From Ktedonobacterales bacterium (lineage in GTDB: Bacteria; Chloroflexota; Ktedonobacteria; Ktedonobacterales; JADMIN01): a stretch of 32,000 nt of DNA. Shown here in pieces: positions 1 to 7,728 of the stretch. The notes under the pieces were generated by a model. The model was not told where the DNA came from, made no database searches, and saw only the letters and a list, made by a program, of their open reading frames with translations. Every line of letters starts with the position of its first letter. Positions within the stretch are counted from its first letter, which is position 1. Location of the stretch: contig CP126532.1 of assembly GCA_030167145.1 (NCBI GenBank), positions 1,620,001 to 1,652,000 of the forward strand. The letters run 5' to 3'. The position numbers and the translations under genes were made by a program.

Positions 1-684
1 GGCCGGAGTGGCCGATTTGGCCGGTTTTGCAGTTGGCGGTGTGGCTGGAGTCACAGTTGCCGATTTTGCCGATTTTGCAGTTACCGGAATGGCCGTAGTT
101 GCAGTGACATGAGTTGCCGATTTTGCCGATTTCGGGGTGGCGGGAGTGGCGGGAGTTGCCGATTTTGCCGAATGCACAGCGGCCGATTTGGGCGATTTTG
201 TTGTTGTGGCTGGGACGGTGGTACGGCGGGTGGGAAGGCGGTCGGGTTGTTCGGCGTCTGGGGTGAGCCAGCCAGAGACGCGCTTGATGGGGTCGCCTGC
301 GGCGATGCCGATGAGGAAGTAGTGCGGCTTGAGGTGGTCGTTTGGCTCAAGGCGCAGAGTGGGAATCGGTGGGGCGATGGGGGCGGCGAGGTGGTTGCCG
401 TTTTTGCCGTTTTTGGCGCGTTGGTGGCGCATGGAGCTGTCGGTGGCGCTGGGGTCGGTGGCATGCGCGCGGCGGGTGCGGCGGCGCGGAGGTGTGTTGC
501 TCTCATTGGCGGCTCCGTTGCCAGAAAGCGTGGGGAGCGCTGAGGCGAGGAGGGTAGGATGTAGCTCGCAGGTGGTTGGCTCGTAGCCGGTGCGGTCGCG
601 GTAGCGCTGGGCGGCGTTGGCGATTTTCAGGGCGATGGGGCGGCGAATATCGTCGTCGTACCAGAGCAATCCAGAGATAATCAT
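1..684 (-). CDS. hypothetical protein, partial (C-terminus beyond left window edge, at least 228 aa), Lys/Ser/Ala/Thr/Pro-rich repeat tail
   Basis: Not in the supplied ORF track. Plus-strand triplets 1-3 through 682-684 contain no tta/cta/tca. ATG (cat) lies at 682-684 and an in-frame upstream stop at 745-747. Translation begins MIISGLLWYDDDIRRPIALKIANAAQRYRDRTGYEPTTCELHP and ends ...TKSPKSAAVHSAKSATPATPATPKSAKSATHVTATT.... Third codon positions are GC-rich, as in neighbouring genes. No family recognised. Confidence 0.55.
   Translation of the reverse strand, partial: MIISGLLWYDDDIRRPIALKIANAAQRYRDRTGYEPTTCELHPTLLASALPTLSGNGAANESNTPPRRRTRRAHATDPSATDSSMRHQRAKNGKNGNHLAAPIAPPIPTLRLEPNDHLKPHYFLIGIAAGDPIKRVSGWLTPDAEQPDRLPTRRTTVPATTTKSPKSAAVHSAKSATPATPATPKSAKSATHVTATTAIPVTAKSAKSATVTPATPPTAKPAKSATPA
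55..171. repeat. 18-bp perfect direct repeat agttgccgattttgccga x3 (55-72, 112-129, 154-171) inside the partial CDS
   Basis: Read directly from the sequence. On the coding (minus) strand each copy encodes the S-A-K-S-A-T type units of the low-complexity tail. Confidence 0.8.
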
Positions 685-825
685 GGGACTGTATCCTGCC
701 GTTCGGTGATGGATTCGGATGGGCGCGCTATTTAGAACTTCCGTTCAATGGACTGTAATCCGGTTGTGGGGTGGTGTCAAGGGCGCTGCTCAAGATTGGC
801 GACGAGTTTTGGGGCTGGCTAGTAG

Positions 826-985
826 CGATGGGCGAGGGGGGTGGGACTTCGGGGTGCGGGGAGAGAGTGGAGCGAGCAGATGGGAATGGGCAGGATGGAG
901 GGTGGACAGCGGAGGGTGGACAGTGGAGGGAGATGATGAGGTGGACATGGGACGGGGGAGTGGAATACGCTGGGGGGCAAGGAGA
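826..985 (+). other. G-rich, C-poor strand-asymmetric tract in a divergent intergenic region, with tandem 14-mer ggagggtggacag(c/t) at 897-910 and 911-924 plus a partial copy at 925-930
   Basis: Hand count gives about 15 C against far more G in ~160 nt, with many GGG to GGGGGG runs. It lies between the minus-strand gene starting at 684 and the kinase gene starting near 1217. Confidence 0.7.
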
Positions 986-1216
986 TGCGGTGTCGCCACG
1001 TAGCATACGACGCGAGAGATGGGGCGTTAGGATGCTGTGCGGAGGTGGCGGAACGGCGCTGGCGAAGCTCGCCGAAGCTCAGCATAGGGGAGCATTCGGC
1101 ATGTATTATGCTGAGATCTATGCCCCGACTGGCCATGTGGAAATCGGGCTGGTAGTGTGCCAGACGAACGAGCGACACCAGGTTGCAACACGCGAAAGCG
1201 GGGGGCGAGAAGCGGC

Positions 1217-4030
1217 ATGGATGAGACAGACGATGCTCAGATAGTAGTTGAGACATGCCATCTAGCTGGTGGGATGGCAGGGGGGACTGAGCAGCACGGT
1301 AGCAATGGAGTGGGGCCATTGGACGCAGAGGCGCGCGCACGGCGAGCGGAAGAGCAGCTTGAGGCGTTTTGGAATCGGTATCAGGCGCTGGCGCAGACGT
1401 TGGCGCAGATTCTGTGGACGACTCCGGCTGATGGTCTGGTGGATGATATGCCGATGTGGCGGGCGTTCACGGGGCAGAGTGTGGAGCAGGTACGGGGATG
1501 GAACTGGCTGGAGGCGGTTCACCCGGAGGATCGGGCGCGAGTGAAGCGTTTGTGGAAGCGTGCGGTGATGACGGCGACGCAGACGAACCTGGAGTATCGT
1601 GTGCGGCGGCGCGATGGGGAATATCGGTGGTTTCTGGATCGTGGGACGCCGGTGCTGGAGGCTGATGGGCGCGTGCGCGAGTGGATTGGCTTTTGTACGG
1701 ATATTACGGAGCATAAGCAGGCGGAAGAAGAGCGGGCGCGGCTGTTGATGCGCGAGCAGGTGGCGCGGATGGAGGCGGAGGAGGCGCGGACAGCGGCGGC
1801 GATAGGCGAGCGTGAGTCGGAGGCAGTGTTCGAGGCGATGACGGATGGGGTGGTGGTGCTGGATCGGGTGGGGCAGATCATCCGCATGAATCGTGCGGGA
1901 ATCAAGCTGGTGGGGCTGGATACGCTGGCCAATCCGGGGGCGGACTTTTATGAGTTGCCGGTGGCGGAACGCGCGGCGCGCATTGAGATGCGGGATGCGC
2001 AGGGGCAGGCGCTCGCGCCGGAGCAATTGCCATTTGCGCGGATTATGCGTGGGGAGACGCTGACTGGCGCCAACGCGATGGACATCTTGCTGCGGACGAT
2101 GGCCGGGGAGTCGCGGTATTGCAACTTCGCGGGCGCGCCGATTCGCGATGCGCGGGGGAAGGTGACCGGAGGAGTGCTGGTCTATCGGGATGTGACGAAG
2201 CGGCGGGAGTTGGAGCGAGAGCTGGCGGAGCGGGTGCGGCAGCGAGAGGGGATTTTTCAGACGATTGCGGATGCGCTGGTGGTCTATGACGCGGATGGAA
2301 ATGTGGTGCTCCATAACCTGAAGGCGCGGGAGTTGTTCGGGCGACATGCGCTGGCGCAGACATTCCGTGCGCAATCGGCAGAGGAGCGTGAGTCATCGTA
2401 TGATCTGCGCGATGCGCAGGGGCAGCCGCTGGCGCGAGGGGTTGGCCCGTTGCGGCGTGTGTTGCGCGGGGAGACGCTGACCGGAAGCCAGGTGATGGAG
2501 TTGCGCATTGGTTTCCCCGATGGCGAGGAGCGGATGCTGAGTGTGAGCGGCGCGCCGATCCGCGATGAGCAGGGGAAGATGCTGGGGGCGGTGTGTTCGT
2601 TTCGGGATGTGACGGAGCGCTGGCGGCAGGAGGAGCAGAGCCGGGCGACGTTTACGGCGCTGGTGGAGATGGCGCGGGCGCTGGTGCGGGGTCCGGAGGC
2701 GCCGATCACTGGCGCGCGGGATACGGCGGACGGCGGCATGGAAAGCGGTCGGATGGCGAGCGGGAATGAGACGCCGGATACATTGACGCGGATGGCGAGT
2801 GTGGAGGGGCAGCGGTTGGTGGAACTGACGCGCGAGGTGCTGAAATGTAAGCAGGTGAGCTTGCAGCAGATTGATGCGAAGACGCAGGAGGTGATGCCGC
2901 TGGCGCAGGCGGGTCTGAGCGCTGAGGATGCGCATCAGTACTGGAGGATGGCGCCACGTTCGCACATGCTGGACTATCTGAATGGAGAGCAGGCTGATGC
3001 GCTGCTGCGGGGCGAGGTGGTGCTGGTGGATGTGGTGAAGGAGCCGCCGGGGGAGCGGGAGTATTTTGGCTTTGCGCGGACGTTGCTGGCGCCGCTGTGG
3101 GTGGATGAACGGTTGGTGGGGGTGATGGCGGTGGATTGGGGAGAGGAGGGGCGGCGAGCGCATACGCGGGACGAGGAGGCGCTGGTGCTGGCGGTGGCGC
3201 AGTTGGCGGCGGTGGTGGTGGAGCGCGAGCGGCTGATGCTGGAAGGCGAGGCGGCGCGGGCGCATGCGCTGGCGCTGGAAGAGGCGACGCGACGGATGGA
3301 CGAATTTTTGGGGGTGGCGAGCCACGAGTTGCGGACACCACTGACGAGCGCGAAGGCAAGTGTGCAGTTTGGGTTGCGTAAACTGGACCGCTGGCTGGAG
3401 ATGGGCGAGGGGCTGGATGGGGAAGCGGCCCAGGCGGCGCTGGCGCAGGTGCGGGAGTTGCTGGCGCGGACGGAGCGGCAGATCAATAAGCAGCAGCGGT
3501 TTGTGAAGGAGTTGGTGGATATTACGCGCATCCAGGAAGGGAAGCTGGAGATGACCATGGAGGCGTGTGATCTAGGGGCGGTGGTGCGGGAGTGTGTGGA
3601 GGATCAGCGGGCGGCGCACCCTGAGCGGGTGATGACGTTGGAGGCGCCAGAGAGCGAGACATGGGTATATGGAGATGCAAGCCGATTGGGACAGGTGGTG
3701 ACGAATTATCTGACGAATGCGCTGAAGTATTCGCCGGTGACGGGGGCTGTGGCGGTACGGTTGCTGGTGCGGGGCGGGATGGCGATGGTGGAGGTGCGGG
3801 ATGAGGGGCCGGGGCTGCCCAAGGAGGAACTGAAACTCATCTGGAAGCGCTTTTATCGCGCAAAGGGGGTGGAGGTGCAGTCTGGCTCGGAGGTGGGGCT
3901 GGGGCTGGGGTTGCATATCAGCAAATCCATTATCAAACGGCATGGGGGCAGGGTGGATGCGGAGAGCGCGCCGGGGGTGGGGTCTACGTTCTGGTTTGCG
4001 GTGCCGGTGCTGGCGTCGCGGGGCGGATAG
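1217..4030 (+). CDS. soluble multi-PAS/GAF sensor histidine kinase
   Basis: ORF 1157-4030. ATG at 1217 is preferred over GTG at 1157, but the start is uncertain. Three PAS-like modules are visible (WRAFTGQSVEQVRGWNWLEAVHPEDR...YRVRRRDGEYRWF; VFEAMTDGVVVLDRVGQIIRMNRAG; IFQTIADALVVYDADGNVVLHN). A GAF-like segment follows (LLAPLWVDERLVGVMAVDW), then the HisKA H-box FLGVASHELRTPLTS and HATPase boxes (VVTNYLTNALKYS, DEGPGLP, GLGLGLHISKSII). No TM segment. Confidence 0.9.
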   Translation: MDETDDAQIVVETCHLAGGMAGGTEQHGSNGVGPLDAEARARRAEEQLEAFWNRYQALAQTLAQILWTTPADGLVDDMPMWRAFTGQSVEQVRGWNWLEAVHPEDRARVKRLWKRAVMTATQTNLEYRVRRRDGEYRWFLDRGTPVLEADGRVREWIGFCTDITEHKQAEEERARLLMREQVARMEAEEARTAAAIGERESEAVFEAMTDGVVVLDRVGQIIRMNRAGIKLVGLDTLANPGADFYELPVAERAARIEMRDAQGQALAPEQLPFARIMRGETLTGANAMDILLRTMAGESRYCNFAGAPIRDARGKVTGGVLVYRDVTKRRELERELAERVRQREGIFQTIADALVVYDADGNVVLHNLKARELFGRHALAQTFRAQSAEERESSYDLRDAQGQPLARGVGPLRRVLRGETLTGSQVMELRIGFPDGEERMLSVSGAPIRDEQGKMLGAVCSFRDVTERWRQEEQSRATFTALVEMARALVRGPEAPITGARDTADGGMESGRMASGNETPDTLTRMASVEGQRLVELTREVLKCKQVSLQQIDAKTQEVMPLAQAGLSAEDAHQYWRMAPRSHMLDYLNGEQADALLRGEVVLVDVVKEPPGEREYFGFARTLLAPLWVDERLVGVMAVDWGEEGRRAHTRDEEALVLAVAQLAAVVVERERLMLEGEAARAHALALEEATRRMDEFLGVASHELRTPLTSAKASVQFGLRKLDRWLEMGEGLDGEAAQAALAQVRELLARTERQINKQQRFVKELVDITRIQEGKLEMTMEACDLGAVVRECVEDQRAAHPERVMTLEAPESETWVYGDASRLGQVVTNYLTNALKYSPVTGAVAVRLLVRGGMAMVEVRDEGPGLPKEELKLIWKRFYRAKGVEVQSGSEVGLGLGLHISKSIIKRHGGRVDAESAPGVGSTFWFAVPVLASRGG

Positions 4031-4071
4031 ACCTAACCCCCGGCCCCTTCCCTCGTAGGGAAGGGGAGAGG
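4031..4071. repeat. REP-like element family A, copy 1 (acctaacccccggccccttccct-cgt-agggaaggggagagg)
   Basis: Perfect 10-bp stem ccccttccct/agggaagggg (4044-4053 / 4057-4066) immediately after the kinase stop codon. Near-identical copy at 4985-5025. Confidence 0.85.
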
Positions 4072-4104
4072 CGGAGGGCCTCGCCCGCACCGATACATCG
4101 CTCA

Positions 4105-4194
4105 CGGGCGTCCGCCGGACGCCCCTACGGGTGGCGGGGCGGCTGGCAAAGAAAAAAGGGAAACGGGCGCCCATCGGACGCCCGTTCGTGGTGG
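4105..4194. repeat. REP-like element family B, two copies (stems gggcgtcc-gcc-ggacgccc at 4106-4124 and gggcgccc-atc-ggacgccc at 4165-4183)
   Basis: GC-rich 8-bp hairpins with 3-nt loops in the convergent kinase/greA gap. A third copy lies at 20994-21012 and a stem variant at 20888-20906. Confidence 0.8.
4148..4186 (-). terminator. intrinsic terminator of greA, built from family-B hairpin copy 2
   Basis: The minus strand reads AACGGGCGTCC-GAT-GGGCGCCCGTT, an 11-bp stem with one G.U pair, followed by TCCCTTTTTTCTTTG. It sits 19 nt past the greA stop. Confidence 0.7.
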
Positions 4195-4204
4195 TAGGGT
4201 GGGG

Positions 4205-4723
4205 TTATTTGATGGCGCGAATGGTGTAGACCTGGGAGCCGCCAGGAGTGGTGATTTCGACCTTGTCGCCTTCTTTGTGGCCAAGGAGGGCGCGCCCGAC
4301 GGGGGATTGGTCGGAGACTTTGTTGTTAGCGGAGTTGGCTTCGACGGTGCTGACGAGTTGTAGCGTTTTCTCGCCGCGTGGGGTTTCGACGGTGACTGCT
4401 GAGCCGAGGCGGACGACGCGCTTGCCGCCGGTGACTGCGGGCAGGTCGTCGAGGATGGCGGCGTTGTCTATGATGTGCTGAAGCTCCTGGATTTCGCCTT
4501 CGACGAGGGCTTGCAGGTTTTTGGCGTCTTCATAGGCGCTGCTTTCGCTGATGTCGCCGGCTTCCTTGGCTTCGTGGATGTAGTCGGCGACCTCGCGGCG
4601 GCGCTTGGTGACGAGGAAGTCGAGCCGCTCTTTCTTTTCTTCGTAGCCCTCACGGGTGAGGTAGATTTTTTCTTTTTCGCCAGCACGGGCGCTGTTGTTG
4701 CCATTTCCAGCGGTCGTCGCCAT
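4205..4723 (-). CDS. greA: transcription elongation factor GreA
   Basis: Internal ATG at 4723 is preceded by GTAGGAGGACACATC, a strong RBS; the longer track ORF reaching 4900 is rejected. 172 aa. N-terminal coiled-coil part is IYLTREGYEEKKERLDFLV..RRREVADYIHEAKEAGDISESSAYEDAKNLQALVEGEIQELQ. C-terminal part is SPVGRALLGHKEGDKVEITTPGG..Y.I..I. This is the typical GreA/GreB architecture. Confidence 0.93.
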   Translation of the reverse strand: MATTAGNGNNSARAGEKEKIYLTREGYEEKKERLDFLVTKRRREVADYIHEAKEAGDISESSAYEDAKNLQALVEGEIQELQHIIDNAAILDDLPAVTGGKRVVRLGSAVTVETPRGEKTLQLVSTVEANSANNKVSDQSPVGRALLGHKEGDKVEITTPGGSQVYTIRAIK

Positions 4724-4869
4724 GATGTGTCCTCCTACTTGGTGCTCCAAAGGGATACCAGATATATGCCGCGATACCGGTGCGCTGATTGGGGCGCGTG
4801 ACCCGGCATGTTCGCGGAAACTGCTGCCCACGCTGCACGCGGGTGATGGTGTTGTGATGTTGCGGCAGT

Positions 4870-4904
4870 AAAGAAAACAGCGTAGCCCGCACTGGGGCAC
4901 GCTG
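4870..4904 (-). terminator. terminator-like hairpin plus U-tract inside the greA 5' leader
   Basis: The minus strand reads CAGCGTGCCC-cagtgc-GGGCtACGCTG, a 10-bp stem with one bulge, followed by TTTTCTTT. It lies about 20-55 nt downstream of the predicted TSS and about 150 nt upstream of the greA ATG. Confidence 0.55.
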
Positions 4905-4931
4905 CCAGACTGCTGCTCAATTGGCTGTTAC

Positions 4932-4961
4932 ACTATATGCGCGGGATTGCAGAATTGTCAA
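4932..4961 (-). promoter_or_regulatory. sigma70-type promoter for greA (TTGACA-18 nt-TATAGT)
   Basis: Minus strand -35 TTGACA is tgtcaa at 4956-4961. The -10 TATAGT is actata at 4932-4937. The spacer, counted by hand, is 18 nt. Confidence 0.55.
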
Positions 4962-4984
4962 GTGTGGTGGCAGGCTGGTGGTGA

Positions 4985-5025
4985 ACCTAACCCCCGGCCC
5001 CTTCCCTACGAGGGAAGGGGAGAGG
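4985..5025. repeat. REP-like element family A, copy 2 (loop acg instead of cgt)
   Basis: Flanks and 10-bp stem (4998-5007 / 5011-5020) are identical to copy 1. It lies 64 nt past the stop of the minus-strand secreted-protein gene, so it probably acts as that gene's terminator hairpin. Confidence 0.85.
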
Positions 5026-5088
5026 ATGGTGGTCCGGCGCGGTGGCGGCTACGCCGGACCTGAGATGACTGACTGGTGTATGGATGGG

Positions 5089-6279
5089 CTATAGATTGCC
5101 GTTGGGCAGGGTGAGGTCGAGGTGGGTCATGCAGTAGGTGGTGTCGGCGCCGTAGGGTCCACCGCAGTCAGTGGTTTGCTTGAATTGAGCGCCTCTGCCG
5201 AAGTCGCGGGTGGTGCCGGGGTAGTCGCCGCCGTAGGTGATGGCCTGGAGGGTGGCGTTGTAGGCGTACCAGGGATACTGGCAGAAGGGCTGGCCGTAGT
5301 TGGCGGCGCCGCAATACTGGTTCACTTCGGCTTTGCCGCCGTAATCGCTCACGACGGCCCACTGATCGGGGTGGCGTCCGTTTGCGAAGGTGACATTTTT
5401 GATTTGCAGCGGTGAGAACTGGAGCCAGGAGGGGATGTTGTAGGAGTAGCAGGCCGGGCTGGTGGCGCTGCCGGGGAGACAGAATTGCCCGGCGGGTTTG
5501 GTGAAATTGCCGGTGTGGCCGATCTCCCAGACGAGCGCGTTGGGGGCGTCGTTGACAAGACCCCAGCCAAGGGCGTTGCCGATTTTCTGGTTGCTGTAGC
5601 CGGGCATGAGCGGACCATCGGTTTTGCTCTTGAGGATGATGGTGCCGCTGTGGCCGGTGGTGAGGTCGGTAATGGTGATGTGCATGCCGTCGGCGGCGGG
5701 GGTGATGTATTGGTGGTCGGAGATGGTGTCGCCCGCATGCATGACGAGGGGGCCGGCGCTGGCGCTGTCTTTGAGCATGGCGTTGAAGGCGGCGACCTCG
5801 TTATTGTTACTATTCACCTTCCAGACGGGTGAGCATACCGTATAGACGTTTGGGGCATAGGAGACGTTGTAGCCGCCGCCCGCGTAGCATTTGTTGACCA
5901 TGCTGTTGGGGTAGAACTGGACTTCGAGGAAGGCCTGACCGAGGAGGCTCTGGGGATCGCTGACGGTGCCGCCGGTCCAGAAGGTGGGGCCGACGCCGTC
6001 TACGTTCATCGCGCCATTGGTGGGGAGGATGAGGGTCCAGGTGATGTCCTGGGCGGTGCCGGGTTTGTCGAGCACGGGGTCAATTTCTGGCTCGTCGTGG
6101 CCGGTGCAGTTGTCATAGTAGTGAACGAAGGGCTGTGGCTTGTGGCCGATGCAGATACCCGTGTAGGATTCGGCATGGGTGCTCTTGGCTGGCGCGGCAA
6201 CAACACCGACAAAGAGCACGCCGACGATGGCGGTGATGGCGCCAGCGATGGCGACGCCGCGCAGATGGCGAAAAAGCAT
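5089..6279 (-). CDS. secreted Cys-rich hypothetical protein (396 aa)
   Basis: ATG at 6279 is preceded by GAGGGGAG 8 nt upstream; the track start at 6297 is a TTG that overlaps this RBS. Signal/anchor sequence MLFRHLRGVAIAGAITAIVGVLFVGVVAAPA. Ten Cys by hand count. No family recognised. Confidence 0.75.
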   Translation of the reverse strand: MLFRHLRGVAIAGAITAIVGVLFVGVVAAPAKSTHAESYTGICIGHKPQPFVHYYDNCTGHDEPEIDPVLDKPGTAQDITWTLILPTNGAMNVDGVGPTFWTGGTVSDPQSLLGQAFLEVQFYPNSMVNKCYAGGGYNVSYAPNVYTVCSPVWKVNSNNNEVAAFNAMLKDSASAGPLVMHAGDTISDHQYITPAADGMHITITDLTTGHSGTIILKSKTDGPLMPGYSNQKIGNALGWGLVNDAPNALVWEIGHTGNFTKPAGQFCLPGSATSPACYSYNIPSWLQFSPLQIKNVTFANGRHPDQWAVVSDYGGKAEVNQYCGAANYGQPFCQYPWYAYNATLQAITYGGDYPGTTRDFGRGAQFKQTTDCGGPYGADTTYCMTHLDLTLPNGNL

Positions 6280-6366
6280 ACGCGACACTCCCCTCAACCG
6301 CCCCTATGTGCGAGGCGTGGCGATGATGACAGCGCGCCAGAGCAGGCGCACATAAACCCTGTACGG

Positions 6367-6395
6367 ACTATACCATGGAGAAAGCGAGTTTTGAA
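6367..6395 (-). promoter_or_regulatory. candidate promoter for the secreted-protein gene (TTCAAA-17 nt-TGgTATAGT, extended -10)
   Basis: Minus strand: tttgaa at 6390-6395 gives TTCAAA. actata at 6367-6372 gives TATAGT, preceded by TGG (6373-6375). Confidence 0.35.
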
Positions 6396-6544
6396 GCGAA
6401 ACAGTCAAAGGTCGTGGCGTGGAAAATGCAAGGGGCGGTGTGCATAGAATGATGTAGGCGCTGGTTGGCGAAGTGGCGTGGTGATGGAACTCAGCTGGAA
6501 CGCGGTGTTGGATGTTTCGCGGTAGTGAGCAAAGGAGCGACGGC

Positions 6545-7579
6545 ATGCGAAACAGGGGATTTTTGGGTGCTGGTGGAGTGCGTGGACGCGCGTTCGCGCC
6601 GGTGGGTCTGGCGCTGGTGGCAGCACTGGTGGTGAGCATGATGGCGTTTGGTCCGGCACGGGCCGACGGCAGTGGCAATCGCTCGGACCTGAAGAACTTT
6701 CAGCATGTGTTCATCATCATGATGGAGAACACGAGCTATTCGAGCCTGATCGGCAATCCAAACGCGCCGTGGATCAATTCGGCTGCGGCGACGTATGGGC
6801 TGGCGGCGAACTACTTCGGCGTGACACATCCTAGCCAGCCGAACTATATCGCCGCGACCTCTGGCTCGACCAATGGCGTGACGACGGATAACGACGTGAC
6901 GATTGACGTGCCGAATATCGTGGATCAGCTTGAGAGCCACGGGAAGACGTGGAAGGCGTACATGCAATCCATCTTCGCGGACGGCAATACGGATAAGCTG
7001 GCGTCGTCGGCGGGGAATCAGTTGTACGAGCGGAAGCACAATCCGTTCGTTTCGTATCTGGATGTGCAGACGAATGCGGCGCGCATGGCGAATGTGGTGG
7101 ATTTGAGTCAGTTCGATACGGATCTGGCGAACAATACCGTGCCGGACTATTCCTGGATTAGCCCGGACCAGTGCCATGATATGCATGGGCGCGGCAGTTC
7201 GGACCCGAACGATCTGTGCAGTTTCAGCCACGAGCAGGATCTGATCGCGGCGGGGGATGCGTTCTTGAGCGCGACGGTGAGTGAGATCATGCAGTCGCGG
7301 GCATGGACGGGCAATTCGGTGATCTTCATCACTTGGGATGAGAGCGATTTCCCCTTCGGTGATACGGGCGGCTGCTGCGATGCGAATCCGGGCGGCGGGC
7401 ATGTGGTGACGCTGACGATTTCGCATTCGGATCACTCGGCGCGCAGCTCGAACGTGGCCTATAACCACTATTCGATGCTGGCGACGATTGAGGGCGGGTG
7501 GAAGCTCGGCTGTCTGGCGTTTACGTGCGATAGCGCGAATGTGCCGCCGATGAGCGATCTCGTCGGGCCGCAGGGATAG
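6545..7579 (+). CDS. secreted phosphoesterase-family protein (acid phosphatase / phospholipase C-like)
   Basis: ATG at 6545 is preceded by AAGGAG 7 nt upstream. Signal peptide ...LALVAALVVSMMAFGPARA. Motifs FQHVFIIMMENTSYSSLIGNPNAPWINS...NYFGVTHPSQPNYIAATSGS and ITWDESD match the phosphoesterase family as I recall it. Confidence 0.8.
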   Translation: MRNRGFLGAGGVRGRAFAPVGLALVAALVVSMMAFGPARADGSGNRSDLKNFQHVFIIMMENTSYSSLIGNPNAPWINSAAATYGLAANYFGVTHPSQPNYIAATSGSTNGVTTDNDVTIDVPNIVDQLESHGKTWKAYMQSIFADGNTDKLASSAGNQLYERKHNPFVSYLDVQTNAARMANVVDLSQFDTDLANNTVPDYSWISPDQCHDMHGRGSSDPNDLCSFSHEQDLIAAGDAFLSATVSEIMQSRAWTGNSVIFITWDESDFPFGDTGGCCDANPGGGHVVTLTISHSDHSARSSNVAYNHYSMLATIEGGWKLGCLAFTCDSANVPPMSDLVGPQG

Positions 7580-7728
7580 AGCTGGTAGCCACGCCATTTC
7601 GCCATTGCGCCAATGCGCTGACGTGGTTTGTATCCGGCCTGGCCAGGTGATATACCTTGCCAGGCCGGATACTATATGGAGGGGCGAAACCGCGCGGCAC
7701 ACATTGCGATATCGGAAGTGAGTTTCGT

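Noticed and set aside
819-1340. 173-aa minus-strand ORF and other ORFs across the G-rich spacer
   Set aside because: The translations are Pro/Ser/His/Leu low complexity arising from the C-rich complement of the G-skewed tract. The ORF overlaps the kinase start region and has no RBS.
1262-3359. Minus-strand ORFs (1262-2374, 2393-3325, 2706-3359) inside the histidine kinase. Similar cases are 10666-11733 and 16861-17919.
   Set aside because: All are antisense or out-of-frame to genes with strong domain motifs. The translations are Arg/Pro/His-rich, so these are shadow ORFs.
4724-4900. N-terminal extension of greA in the track (start at 4900). Analogous extensions exist for the receiver (to 9799), the BBE oxidase (to 16542), the 134-aa gene (to 18692) and the 4-TM gene (from 18924).
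   Set aside because: Internal ATGs with strong GGAGG-type RBSs give proteins of canonical length. The extensions have non-coding-like composition, and for greA they overlap the predicted leader.
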